DNA of 64,000 nt from Podarcis liolepis (taxonomy: Eukaryota). Made by a program: the position numbers and the translations under genes. Numbering within the stretch: the first letter of the stretch is position 1; each line of letters opens with the position of its first letter. Below, piece by piece: positions 1-11,794 of this stretch. The notes under the pieces were generated by a model. The model did not search any database. It had not been told where the DNA came from and saw nothing but the letters and a program-made list of their open reading frames with translations. The stretch lies in NCBI GenBank assembly GCA_965112155.1, contig OZ218098.1; one strand, 5' to 3'.

Positions 1-81
1 GTCTTGATTGGTTCTCAACTTCCCCTGAAATCACCAGATCTTTCCATCTCCCCTTCATATGCCAAAATACATCATATATCA

Positions 82-83
82 CT

Positions 84-143
<60 letters not shown>

Positions 144-145
144 TC
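82..145. repeat. (CTTT)n microsatellite
   Basis: Perfect tetranucleotide run seen directly. Confidence 0.97.
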
Positions 146-1344
146 CCTTTTCACAAACTGGGAACGCAGAAAGAAGACGGGAGCAGAAGCATAGCGAGTG
201 GGAGGGAGATCGCTCCGAGGGGAGGAAGGTTTGAAAGAGTTCAGAGCAGCTTCTGGGACAATGCGAGCAGGTCAGTGTGCGCATTGTGGCTGACTCTATC
301 CATCTAAATAAAAGGAAGGTTCTGACTTGTGTCCCAGCTGGGAGAGTTTTTGTGTTGTTTTGTTGTTTTGTTGTTGGGCCCCTCCTCCCTGTTTGCTCCC
401 CCTCCCCTCGGTCTCTCCTTCTCCAAATGGATCAAAGTGGTACCCTCACTCTCCCCCCACCGCCACCCCTTTCTCGGCCCCCTCTTCTCCAGAGCATGGC
501 ACAATGCGGCCTTTTGTGGAGGCCACTGCGGAGGCCTTTTGCACCTCATTATCTTCATTGTGTGCCCCCATTATCCTGTCCCACTCCTTGTAAATAAACT
601 CTATAGTGAGAAGACTGGGAGAATAGCAATGGGCAGAGAGATTGTGTGTGTGTGTGAAGAGCAGAGGGTGTTGAGGTTCACCTGTCATTTGGCCAATCTG
701 AGCTGCAATAGCGAGAGAAAGTTGCACATGGCATAGGATGAAAGGGCACATAGGCAGAAATAATTGGGGGACACATTATCAAGATCATTATTGGGAAAAC
801 AACTGTGGTGCTGTTGGCAACTCTAGTATCAGCGGGGAGCATGGCAGTTTGCTCTGGGTCATCATTTGACCTCCCAGCTATTTGATTTGAAGGGGAAAAG
901 GAAGCTAGCACTGGGAGGGGACACCCTGAGTGACACAGAGCAAGCAAATAAAGAGCCCCTTAAATGTTCAAGTATCTGATCAGATTTCTGGTGGGTCTGC
1001 CAGTTGTTTATTGAAAAGCCATATTAAAAGAAGAAAATTAGAATCTCTGATGTTCTTGCAATTCCAGCTGGTAGCAAGAGTATAGTTTCATTTTCTATAC
1101 TCATGTAGCCATTTGACCAGGGGTAACAAAAGTGGCGGTTACTCCAGAGGTTACTAGACTTCAGTTCCCATCATTCCTGAACACTGTAGTCTAACAACAT
1201 CTGGGCAGCGTCACATTGCCTATCCATGCATTAGACACTGCAAGTTTCACTCAGGACTGCATTATGATAAGTGACTGAAGATCAAGTGGCTGTTGTTTCC
1301 TGGAGACTGGAGTCAGCCATGGACTCATATGTAACTATTAGGGA

Positions 1345-1430
1345 GGGGAAGGACCACCACTCAGTGGCAAAGCCCATGCTTTGCACACAGAAGGTCCTGT
1401 ATTCAATCCCTGGTACCTTCAGATAAAAGG
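1345..1430 (+). mobile_element. Degenerate tRNA-derived SINE head
   Basis: ctcagtggcaaagcccatgctttgcacacagaaggtcctgtattcaatccctgg resembles the A/B-box head of the SINE at 8910. Confidence 0.55.
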
Positions 1431-2290
1431 AACAGTTAGCAGGTGATGCAGCAACCCCTGCCTAGAAGTGAGAGACCCACAGGTAGGACTGGGGGAAAGC
1501 TGCAGCTTTCCACATTCCACCTAGATTGTGTTTTATCTCACTAAAATGGATCCAACCCTTGGCTATCTGATAACCTTATTGTCATAATGAATGACATAAG
1601 GACTTGAAAGTATGGTACACCCGAAGAATTATATCAATGCACCCTGATTTCTTCATTGAGCATACAGGATTAGTCATGTTGAGAACGGCACAAAAACAAA
1701 GCATGACTCATGCAATTTACATTTGGGGTTCTGAAGGGATACACAATGAGAACCTACAAATTAGGAGTTTGAATTTAGGCACACAAAATTCCCAATCTCC
1801 AGACACTTCTGGTTACACAATAACCCTGGCTTTTATTCTTAGCTGGCTTTTGAATTTCTCCCATTTGCATGTGAATGTGGATTTTTATCTATTCTGTATA
1901 CAACCAATGCCAAAAAATTATTAATGTTACAATCAAGGCATGCATATAGAGTAGTAAAGTTTTCTAAACAATACCAGCAATACCCACGATCATGACATTT
2001 AATGTCATGCTGTAAATAGATAAAATACTAGTTCTCCTTTGGAACCTCTGTGTAAATATCAGTGGGACTATCACCCTGCAAAACAAAGCAAACAAGGATG
2101 GGGGCATCTCTGTGCCAGAGCTCCCAGTTCAGACCTTCAGCAGGAAACCAGAAATATGAAGCAGTTCCCTCAATAGAAGGAATATTGTTGCATTGGTTTC
2201 ACTGCATGCTTGCTGTAAATGTAAGTAAGGGCTCATCTGCACTACACTTTTAAAGCAGTATCCCACAACTTTCAACAAGCATGGTTTGCC

Positions 2291-2633
2291 CACAGGCGCC
2301 GACTCCTTGGGGCCTGAGGGGGCCCGAGCCCCCTCAAAAATTCGTTTGGGGGGGCTCCGCCCCCCCAATAATCTCAGGCGCCCCTCCAGCAGAGCGCCAC
2401 CGCCGCCCCTCCCCCAGCCCAAAATGCACAGGGTCGGGCTGCATGCCTCCTGCCCTCCCTCCCGAGCAAAAGCTCCACCCAATTTCCTTCGGAGCTGATT
2501 AATAGGCGCAGCACGCTCTCCCCTATTCGCTCACGAGGAGGCGGCGCCACTTTATCTGCATATTCATGAGCTTATTTATTATTCATGAGCTTTTGCGGGC
2601 TCCCCCAATATTTTTTATAAGTCGGCGCCCCTG
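2291..2633. mobile_element. Non-autonomous hAT-type DNA transposon (GC-rich MITE)
   Basis: Terminal inverted repeats (TIRs) CACAGGCGCCGACT / AGTCGGCGCCCCTG; perfect 8-bp TSD GGTTTGCC at 2283-2290 and 2634-2641. Confidence 0.9.
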
Positions 2634-2767
2634 GGTTTGCCCCAAAGAATCCCGTGTACTGAAGTTTTGATAAGGGTGCTGAGAGTTGTTAGGAGACAAC
2701 TTTTTAAAGAGCAACGTTGCCCAGAGTTCTCTGGGAAGAAGGACAGTTAAATCAATCTGAGAACACG

Positions 2768-3010
2768 TTCAAGGTGAGGATCCTGACATATAAGGCCCTA
2801 AACAACTTGGGAACCAGTTACCAAAAAGAACACCTTCTTCACAGAGACCTCCTCAGCCACTGAAATTTACAGAGCAGGCTTTCCTGGGAAGGGTCCTTTC
2901 CATTAAAGCACCCAGTCTTTGGAACTCCTTAAAGTGTCTTGGGTGCCAACCCTCGGTATGTTTCAGTGCTAATTGAAGAGTTATTTATTCAATCAAGCAT
3001 TTGCTGATTT
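2768..3010 (+). mobile_element. Old L2 LINE 3' fragment
   Basis: Translates to FKVRILTYKALNNLGTSY and later RVLSIKAPSLWNSL, matching the L2 ORF2 C-terminal motifs FKxLxLTYKALNxLGP and AFSxxAPxLWNSL. Confidence 0.75.
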
Positions 3011-4169
3011 CCAATATCTAGCTTTAAGCAATATGCTGCTCATTAATGTGTTTTCTATTATGGTTGGTTGTGTTTATAATTTTAATTTATTTCTTTTGCT
3101 GTATCCACTATGCTGGAATTTTTATAGTGAACATACAGTTCTTCAGAGGGGAGTCATGGTCAGGCACAGAGAGTGATCCAAACTCCTGCTCTATAGCTGG
3201 TCTTTGCAAGTCACAAGGATTTTGAAGGCAACTTGCAATTATTTGAGTCTATAACGAATCATACAAATGAGTTAAGGAACAGGAAAAAGGAACCGTCTTG
3301 TGCTGTTATCACTTGGGGGGGATTGTGCTTTGTCTGTATATAAACTGACAGCTTTATGAAATATCCACAGCTTTAACAAGTACTGCAGTTACTTCAGCAA
3401 GAGGAAATAGATGCAATCTCCCACCTCCAGAGTTTCACCTTTGGCCATTACCTTTGGCTGAGAACCTATCATTGTTGCTGCTAAGGAAACACCACAAGCC
3501 CCATTCGTGTTTGTTAACTGGATCTGTGGGGCCATGTTCAGCATCTCCTCCATCGCGACCTACCTGCATTAAGTGGGAAGGTGAGAAGGAAGTTGTAGCA
3601 CATCCACCTGAATTTGTTATGGTCCTCCCCATGATTAGGAGCTCTGATCATGCAGGCCTTGTAATCATGGGGAGGTATTTAACTGTTTCCAGCCAAATGT
3701 GCCTACAAACCCTCTTGGGACGTTCCTGCTCAGTGTGGAAGGATTGGGGAAGAAAGGGGTGGGGGACAGTGCTTGTAGACCCGTGACCCCTCCATGGGTA
3801 CCATGTTCGTGACTGCCTGAATAGGGCTTTCATCTCATTTCATAATGTAAAGGACAACCTTTGGAATGTAAGGGTGCACACAGAAGTAAATACCTCGAAC
3901 AGTCAGGATGCTGTGCAGTAATACTATTAGCCATATTTTCTATAGATGTACAATTCCCTGCTCAAGATCAGAAGAAATAAGCTGAAGCTGATTGGCTGGA
4001 ACATCGCAAACCTGTATGTAGCTCTTTAACAATACAGCAAGATAGATGACTGCAATCAGTATTTGAATCGTGATAAGTATATCTGTCAAACGTTTTGTGA
4101 CTAGAGGGTGCAAGCTGGGTTTCTTTCTAAGGGAAAAACTGTAACATGTCCTATTTGCATATATATACA

Positions 4170-4415
4170 TAGTCATACCTCGGGTTGAAGTAGCTTCAGC
4201 TTAAGTATTTTCGGGTTGCGCTCCACGGTGACCCGGAAGTAACAGAGTGCGTTACTTCCGGGTTTCGTCGCTCGTGCATGCACAGGCGCTCAAAATGACG
4301 TCACACGCATGCACAGAAGTAGCGAATCGCTGCACGCGCAGACATGGGTTACACTCTACTCAGGATGCGAATGGGGCTCTGGAACGGATCCCATTCACAT
4401 CCAGAGGTACCACTG
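4170..4415. mobile_element. Tc1/mariner (Tigger-like) MITE
   Basis: Left end AGTCATACCTC, right end GAGGTACCACTG followed by TA; same terminus class as 38588 and 50977. Confidence 0.8.
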
Positions 4416-4692
4416 TATGTGCATTTAATGCACATAAAGGCTCATAAAGCAACCAAGAGTTTTTCCTCTAAATACATCATTCTGCAAGTTCTTGGATATC
4501 TAATAGTCAAAATTCAGGAAAATATAAGCTATAAATGAAGTGATGTGCTTTTACATGGGGACGGAATAAAAGATGAAATTTTTTGGTCTGCAATTGATGA
4601 TAGACCATAGGCTAGTTCTTCAGTGAGTCTGGCAACCTCATACATACTAAATGTGGGAAGCCTGTCTGGATCTGACCACCTAGTGTTGTACT

Positions 4693-4695
<3 letters not shown>

Positions 4696-4743
<48 letters not shown>
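4696..4743. repeat. (GT)n microsatellite
   Basis: Perfect dinucleotide run. Confidence 0.97.
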
Positions 4744-4745
<2 letters not shown>

Positions 4746-4837
4746 CTATCTGTCATGTTGGCAGGATATTTCACTCTCCATTACACCAAATATTAATCTG
4801 GGTCAGAAGCATAGAAAACCTGTTATTAGCTGATTGG

Positions 4838-5495
4838 AAAATGCTGAATCAGCGGCCTACACCGACCTAACTTGGGTGGGCTTTTATTGCTTTTACTGTT
4901 TTCACACAAACACAATTCCAACAGGGTTTAATTCAATGATGAGAAATGGCCCAAAGGCCGACAAATACAATAAAACTGCTATTCCCAATCAAGTGCTTTC
5001 ATTCTCCATGTATTAAGATTTCCATATACGAAGTTCTTTCTTTTATCACCCCTCTGCCTTTTCTTCTAGCAAAGCCCTGCATTTGCTGAGTAAAGCCTGC
5101 CTCCCAAACTGAAGCCTACGGCTCTAAGATTTGTCCCCGTATAGTCATAATGCAAATAAATGTGTGTGCACGCAGAAAGAACTTCGTGTAAACTTTCTTT
5201 CTGCCTTTCTTTTCATGGCTGTGTAGATACGACTTCATATTGCTGACGTACGCAGATCCCCCTCCCCACCGATGAAAAATATGTTGCTCCAAAGTCCCAG
5301 AGCTTCCAGCAGAGAGCAGGTGTGGAGGCCACGTGTCTCACCATCAGCTACAGCTCAGGTTCTTTGCTGATTGGACCCTGGCTCGCGCCTAGGCACCCTT
5401 GCCCTGCATTCTTCAACCTCACCCAGGCCCCCCTCCTGCGTTTCCACGTTACCTCTACCCCTGTGGTCAGTGATTAATGGTGACCATCAATCTGC
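4838..5495. promoter_or_regulatory. Candidate Maf + Pbx/Hox + octamer enhancer
   Basis: Three MARE-like sites, ATGCAAAT, CACGTG and two inverted TGATNNAT-type sites. Confidence 0.35.
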
Positions 5496-6164
5496 CATTC
5501 CTGCAGTGAATGCAACAGTCAGTTTGCGATTAACCTTTAAAAAAACCCTCCCTCTTTCCCCTTTTAAGCCCCATGCTGAGATTATCACATGAAATAAACC
5601 AGGGCCCATTCAGGGTCTCCAGAGAACAGGTCTCCTGTCCTTTTCATATTGAAATGGAGCTGTATCAAAAGCTTCTTTGAAGTGTGTTCCACGGGAGAGA
5701 GATATTCTCGCTGAGATACTGTTGGAAGAGAGAACCACTAAGCCAATGGGGCAAAAGTGGATTGTTCTGTTGGTGAAGAACTTGTTAACCTGTTGGAAGG
5801 CCCTCTGCCTGCAATAGGCTGCTTATTCTTGAATCACTGCAGACGACTATTAAAGGGCTCAGAGTTTTATTTCAATAATTATTATCTGTGCAATATTGCT
5901 GAAGGCCCCAGACAACAAGATCCTCTTTGTGATATTTGGGTCTGCCTGCCGTACTCTCATTGCAGACTCAATTTGTCTGAGCCAACTTGGGTTTAATTAG
6001 ATTGACTCAGCCAACTCACTACAATGCAGTCACCCTGCTAAAGAGTAATACCATTTTGCCTCTGCTCTAGTGCTCAGAGTGTGTATGAAGCATTTCTGCC
6101 TATGCATAAAACTACACTATTCCCTAGCAGTCTGTCTGTACTGCCAAGAATAGTATGAAGCGCT

Positions 6165-6167
<3 letters not shown>

Positions 6168-6206
<39 letters not shown>
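6168..6206. repeat. (CA)n microsatellite
   Basis: Perfect dinucleotide run. Confidence 0.97.
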
Positions 6207-6210
<4 letters not shown>

Positions 6211-6260
6211 TGACAGTAGGGCAGGTCAGAAATTGGGGGGCTGGCCTACTGTGGATGGGA

Positions 6261-6584
6261 TCCAGTCACGGACGACTCTGGGGTTGCGGCGCTCATCTCA
6301 CTTTACTGGCTGAGGGAGCCAGCATACAGCTTCCGGGTCATGTGGTCAGCATGACTAAGCTGCTTCTGGCGAAACCAGAGCAGCGCATGGAAACGCCGTT
6401 TACCTTCCCGCCTGAGCAGTACCTATTTATCTAATTGCACTTTGACGTGCTTTCGAACTGCTAGGTTGGCAGGAGCTGGGACCGGGCAACGGGAGCTCAC
6501 CCTGTCGTGGGAATTCAAACCGCCCACCTTCTGATCGGCAAGCCCTAGGCTATGTGGTTTAGACCACAGCGCCACGTGCATCCC
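6261..6584 (-). mobile_element. Sauria SINE lacking its 3' tail
   Basis: Reverse complement begins GGGATGCACGTGGCGCTGTGG (A box) and has a B-box-like GGTTTGAATTCC; collinear with the other six copies. Confidence 0.9.
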
Positions 6585-7738
6585 ATATAACTGCTTTGTA
6601 GCCTCCAATTCTCAGTTCTGGGGACTTCTTGGCACTCTGTGCCAGCTTTTAAATGTCATGGAATGTAGCTTTAAGCAAGAAAGCAGCTATGTACAAATGT
6701 ACGGACAGTTTTCTTGGAGGAAAGGGGTATTGTAGTGGTGCACACTATGCACACAGATCACAGTGGGCCCCAGCAATATTTCTTAGAACCTACCAAGAGG
6801 AAACATCTGGATTTTTTCTGGATAGCCCTGTATGCATTGCAAGTGAATCCAATTAAAAAGTCTCTGCATTTTATACTTAAAAGTGTTAACATACTTTTGT
6901 GATCTCAAATATAGGTTTCATTTTTTAAAAAAAAATTATATGCGTATTTTGTGGGCCCCCCTCCCATTTGAAGGGGAAAATGACATTGACATGACTCATG
7001 ATGCAGTGAGGACAGAAGAACTCGAATGCTCATTCTGTCCAATCAGAATAGAAGAGCAGCTTGTGAAAGTTTGCAAGAGTTTACAGTATTCACTGATGTC
7101 AGGATTGTTTCAGAAATAAAATCAATACTAGGTAATGGTGGGGATGGGTATTATATATAAAAATTTAGAGTGCAAAAGGCCATTTTATACTGTATCTCAA
7201 GTAACCGTTAGACCTACACCGCTCCTCTGCCTTTCATTTGCCTGTAATCACCTAGTCCTAGAATGTTTTATTTCACAGTGAGAACAAAGTTTTACAGGTT
7301 TGAGTTGCGTGCCTGTAAGTTGCTTGAGTGCTTCAGAGTCTTTTACCTCCACTGATAAGCATGCAAATGATCAAACAAAATCCAATTAATATTCAAATCA
7401 CCTCAATGCACCACCCCGATGCCTGCAAACAGACTTTCATTTTGTGAGTGGTCTTTTTATCACTCTCAAATATTTGTATCTCATTTGAATGTCTTTTGTG
7501 CACCGTTGATTTTAAGAGGAGGGTTAACTGTACCATGCGTGCTCTTTACTGTATAAAGGTCTGTTTTGGTGGGGACACATCCTCTCAGGTTAATTTTACA
7601 GTACCATAACATCTGATAATAATCATTGCATAACTTGTTATATTGTTATATTGAATAAGGAGCAAAAAACTACTCCCAAATCAACAGCTGGTCAATTCCT
7701 TCATTGAAAATGTCAAAACACTGTAGTAAAGTTCTATA

Positions 7739-8119
7739 AGGTAAAGGTAAATGACCTCTGGATGGTTAAGTTCAATCAAAGGTGACTATGGGGTGTGGCA
7801 CTTATCTGGCTTTCAGACTGAGGGAGCCAGTATTTGTCCGCAGACAGCTTTCCGGGTCATGTGGCCAGCATGACTAAACCATTTTTGGCGCAACAGAACA
7901 CCGTGGTGGAAGCCAGAGAGCACAGAAAGGCCATTTATCTTCCCACCACAGCGGTACCTATTTATCTACTTGCACTGGTGTGCTTTCAAACTGCTAGGTT
8001 GGCAGAAGCTGGGACACAGCAATGGGAGCTTACCCCATTGTGCAGATTCGAACCACCGACCTTCCGATTGGCAAGCCCAAGAGGCTCAGTGGTTTAGACC
8101 ACAGTGCCACCTACATCCC
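7739..8119 (-). mobile_element. Sauria SINE, full length, longer subfamily
   Basis: ACCTTT tail, tRNA-like head, 7-bp TSD TTCTATA at 7732-7738 and 8120-8126. Confidence 0.92.
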
Positions 8120-8204
8120 TTCTATAGAACTCTTCAACAGGCAAGGGGATCAGGCTTTTAAATGGACTTTGCATGTTGAGGGTCGCATATCTTCCAACCA
8201 CTAG

Positions 8205-8394
8205 GTAAATGCAATATATTTGTGGAAATTGCTTTGCAAAAAATGTGCATACTAGGAGAAATTCACACTAAAATGTTGACGAAGTTTCCTGAGGACTATT
8301 TTAAAAGATAAATAGAAAGCAAATGGATGTGGAGAACTGAACAAAGGACTGGAAAAATGAGAGAAACTAAAATGGATACAATTGCCCATCCCTA
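8205..8394. mobile_element. Probable right end of an Ac-like hAT non-autonomous element
   Basis: Ends CCCATCCCTA (reverse complement TAGGGATGGG, a hAT-Ac-type terminus) after an AT-rich body; left end not found. Confidence 0.45.
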
Positions 8395-8909
8395 GCTATA
8401 ACTCAGACTGTCAGAAACGGGGAGCAACCACTGCTTCTTTACCCCAGAATATTGATATAACACCTGGGAGGGAATGATTTGGCCCATCTTCTCCATTTTG
8501 GAACTGTCAGCCTATTTTCCCCCTTCTTTTTAATGCTATTTTTCCTTATCCCCCTCACCCCTGCTTTGGGTAAGACTGAATAACATTTCCCATGAGATAT
8601 CCCAAATCTAAAAACAACAACAAAAACCTGGTGCTGGCTTGTAGGAGCCCAGTGAAGGTCCTTCCACCAGTAATAGATGGCCCACCCACAGGATGGTCCA
8701 TAGCAGTGGGACAAAATATTTAAATTAAGAAGGAAGAAAAAGAAGAAAATTAACATGAATGTTGATAGCTTCTACTGAAAGGTGTGTATATTTGTATGTG
8801 TGTGGTGAGGGAAGTTGTGTCACACTTGGATAACATAGGGAACAGATGGGTTTGGCCATATGATGTACACCACTACTATATGAATTGTGAAGGGCACATA
8901 TTATGGCAT

Positions 8910-9074
8910 GGGCTGTAGCTCAGTGGTAGAGAATTTGCTCTGCAAGTAGAAGGTCCCAAGTTCAAACCCAGGTAAGGCTGGGAAAGACTTCCTATCTGAA
9001 AACTCTGCAGAGACAATAGTGAGCAACAAGGACTATTGGTCTTACTCAGTATAAGGCAGCTTCCTGCGTTCCTA
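8910..9074 (+). mobile_element. tRNA(Ala)-like-headed SINE with CR1-like 3' end
   Basis: GGGCTGTAGCTCAGTGGTAGAG (A box), AAGTTCAAACC (B box), tail CTCAGTATAAGGCAGCTTCCT shared with 11151, 16615 and 30510. Confidence 0.75.
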
Positions 9075-9627
9075 ATACCTGCTCCTCATATCGCAGGTTC
9101 CCAGAAAATGCATGAAGACAGTTTGGTGACACTGTTCCAATAAGCTTGATAAATATGTGTTTGTTATTGTACCTCAAGGAATTACTCTGAAGCAAGTTGA
9201 TCTTAACTGGATGATGCATTTTATCTCACTAGATGGATAATCCTTGCTAAGCACAGAATTCTACTTTAATCAGACCAGACAGGATAGGTGGAAGGGGAAA
9301 CAGAAGTGCAAGGGGGATGATATAACAGTCACACACCAGGCCAGCAATAGATCCAGGAATAGCACCCAGTGCCCAAGGAGGGGCCATAGGGTGTTGGGTA
9401 GACTTGAAACTGTTAACCCATGTGCAAAAAAGTGCTCTGAAGAATCAACTTCATATGCTCAGATGGTTCCCCCACCAGCCTAGAAAGAGAAGGGTGTGTT
9501 TTGGCCCAACAGATCCAGTTGCTTTGCCCAATATCATTTGACTGTCAATGTGACAAGATTAGGTGATGGCACTCTGCATACCTGAACTCTAGGGGGAAAA
9601 AATAGAAACAGCTTAATGTAGGAATAA

Positions 9628-9983
9628 GGGACACGGGTGGTGCTGTGGGTTAAACCACAGAGGCTAGGACTTGCCGATCAGAAGGTCAGCGGTTCAAATC
9701 CCCGTGACAGGGTGAGCTCCTGTTGCTCGGTCCCTGCTCCTACCAACCTAGTAGTTCAAAAGCACGTCAAAGTGTAAATAGATAAATAGGTACCACTCCG
9801 GCAGGAAGGTAAATGGCATTTCCGTGCACTGCTCTGGCTCACCAGAAGCAGCTTAGTCATGCTGGCCACATGACCCGGAAGCTGTATGCCGGCTCCCTCA
9901 GCCAGTAAAGCGAGATGAGTCCCGCAACCCCAGAGTCGGTCATGACTGGACCTAATGGTCAGGGGTCCCTTTACCTTTTCCCC
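9628..9983 (+). mobile_element. Sauria SINE, full length
   Basis: Head GGGACACGGGTGGTGCTGTGG, B box GGTTCAAATCC, tail CCTTTACCTTT; 12-bp TSD TAATGTAGGAAT at 9614-9625 and 9984-9995. Confidence 0.93.
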
Positions 9984-9988
9984 TAATG

Positions 9989-10116
9989 TAGGAATGGAGC
10001 CCTTGTAGTCCTCAAGACTACAATTCCCACCACCCCTTAGCATTGGCCGTGTTTACTGGGGCTGATGGGACATGGTGCCCAACAACATCTGGAGGGCTAC
10101 AGATTCCCCATCCCTG
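9989..10116. mobile_element. Degenerate palindromic hAT MITE (relative of the 136-bp family)
   Basis: gactacaattcccacc...ggggctgatggga...aacatctggagggc...ccccatccctg. Confidence 0.65.
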
Positions 10117-10719
10117 CTTTAGTGCTAAGAACAATAATATTAGAGTCTTTTAAATATGACTCACAAATAAAAGAAACTATTTTTTAAGAGTGCACTGGGT
10201 GGGGGAGATATCAAGGAAAAATCTGACTCTGGAATAGCAAACTGAGCATTCACCTGCTGTCCAGAAAAAGAATCTGGTATGCCTTCTTGAGCTTCTTGCC
10301 TTGAGAAATGTCTCAAGAAGTAAATCTGTGTGAACTGTCAAGTATTACCAGATTCACACACAATCAGGGATACATTTTAGGCACTTAAACAGGCAGTGAT
10401 GCCATTCGCGTAGTAGAACAGCCTTCCTCAAACTTGTGCCTTGCAATCGGTTTGGCTGGCTGATGTCATATTGAAGTCATAGCTGCAAGTTTTCTATTCT
10501 GTGTAAGTGACAGAAATGTATTTTCCTTCCATGCATAATTTCAAAGGGAAGAGGTGGTAGGACTCTGCACGGCAGCCGGGTGGGGGAGGGGGAGGGGGAG
10601 GAACTAGTCCTTGTAGAATATAAGAACTGCTTCTGTCCTAAGACAGATGCCTCAGGTTATCCTTTGCCATTGTTTGATCGTGAGGTATTGTCATCACCCC
10701 TTTGAGAGGTTTGATGTCT

Positions 10720-11060
10720 TGAGGAACCACACGGAACCCGAGATAGCTTTTGTATTGCTCACACAGCTTCAATTTAGCTCTGAAAGCTTTCATCTTTGGC
10801 TCTTAATAAACTCAGCAGTTCTTATTTTGCTTTCTCAGACTGCCTGCGGACTATAATTATATATTTACTCTCAACTACAACACCCCTTCGAGCGCAATAC
10901 TTTCAGGAGTCAGGTCAATGAGTCTGCCGCAAGTCACCCCGGACTGTCTGGCGCAATAAAGATAAAGGGCCAGGAACTTAGTCGTGCAGTTAAACGAGGA
11001 AATTTTACCTGAGGTTTTCAAAGGTGTGGTTTTGCATTCATCCATTGTGCGTGGAAGTCC
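10720..11060. promoter_or_regulatory. Candidate haematopoietic/myeloid enhancer
   Basis: RUNX x2, GATA x2, C/EBP x2, MYB and several ETS cores in ~340 bp of non-repeat DNA that retains CpGs. Confidence 0.45.
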
Positions 11061-11150
11061 TGTCAGGGAGCAGCAGGCAGAGGCACAACCGAAACACTAC
11101 TGAGGAGAACACGGATGTATAGGAATTCCCACATTATATGGTTTCTCCTC

Positions 11151-11310
11151 AGAACAGAAGGAAGCTGCCTTATGCTGAGGCAGGCCATTGCTCCAACTAG
11201 CTCAGTATTGTCTTCGCTGACTGGCAGTGGTTCTCCAACATTCCCAGCCTTACCTGAAGATGCTGGGAATTGGACCTGGGAGCTTCTGCATGGAAATCCC
11301 TGTTCCCCCA
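11151..11310 (-). mobile_element. tRNA-headed SINE (same family as 8910)
   Basis: GGAAGCTGCCTTATGCTGAG is the reverse complement of the 8910 tail; B-box remnant near 11270. Confidence 0.7.
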
Positions 11311-11794
11311 CTTACCCGGAGCAGTGTTTGAGGCCAGGTGCCTTGGTGGTGGGTGGCTCCCAGCAGTTTCTGGCTCCAATGCTCTGGGCAGTACAGTCTC
11401 CTACTTCCTGTGGCCATCCTGGGGTCAGGAAGACCCCATGAGAATTCAGGAACCAAATGAGACCTCACACTGGGATGGAGCTTTAGGGAGGACCTGGTTG
11501 AAGACATCGCCCATCTAGGTCCACTCTGGGGGAAAATATAAGGGGGCAAGTAGTGCTATCAGGCACTGCAGTCTTTGTCAGACTTTCCCACCCTTGGTGT
11601 AAATTTGGGATTGTTCAAGGGAAATGAGTTAGTCCTATTTACAAATCTTGATATGGGTATCTGTTTCTCAGAGCCTAAAAGATTTACAGATTTATTGTAG
11701 GACACAGCCCACTACTCCAGATGCATCATTTAAAAAAAGCAGCTTCTGAGGTGACACGTTTCAATGGATAAGCAGCAGAAGGATCGCTGCTTAA

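Noticed and set aside
8910-8985. tRNA-like sequences (also at 50550-50620, 52143 and the Sauria heads)
   Set aside because: Degenerate stems and direct fusion to SINE bodies mark them as SINE heads rather than tRNA genes
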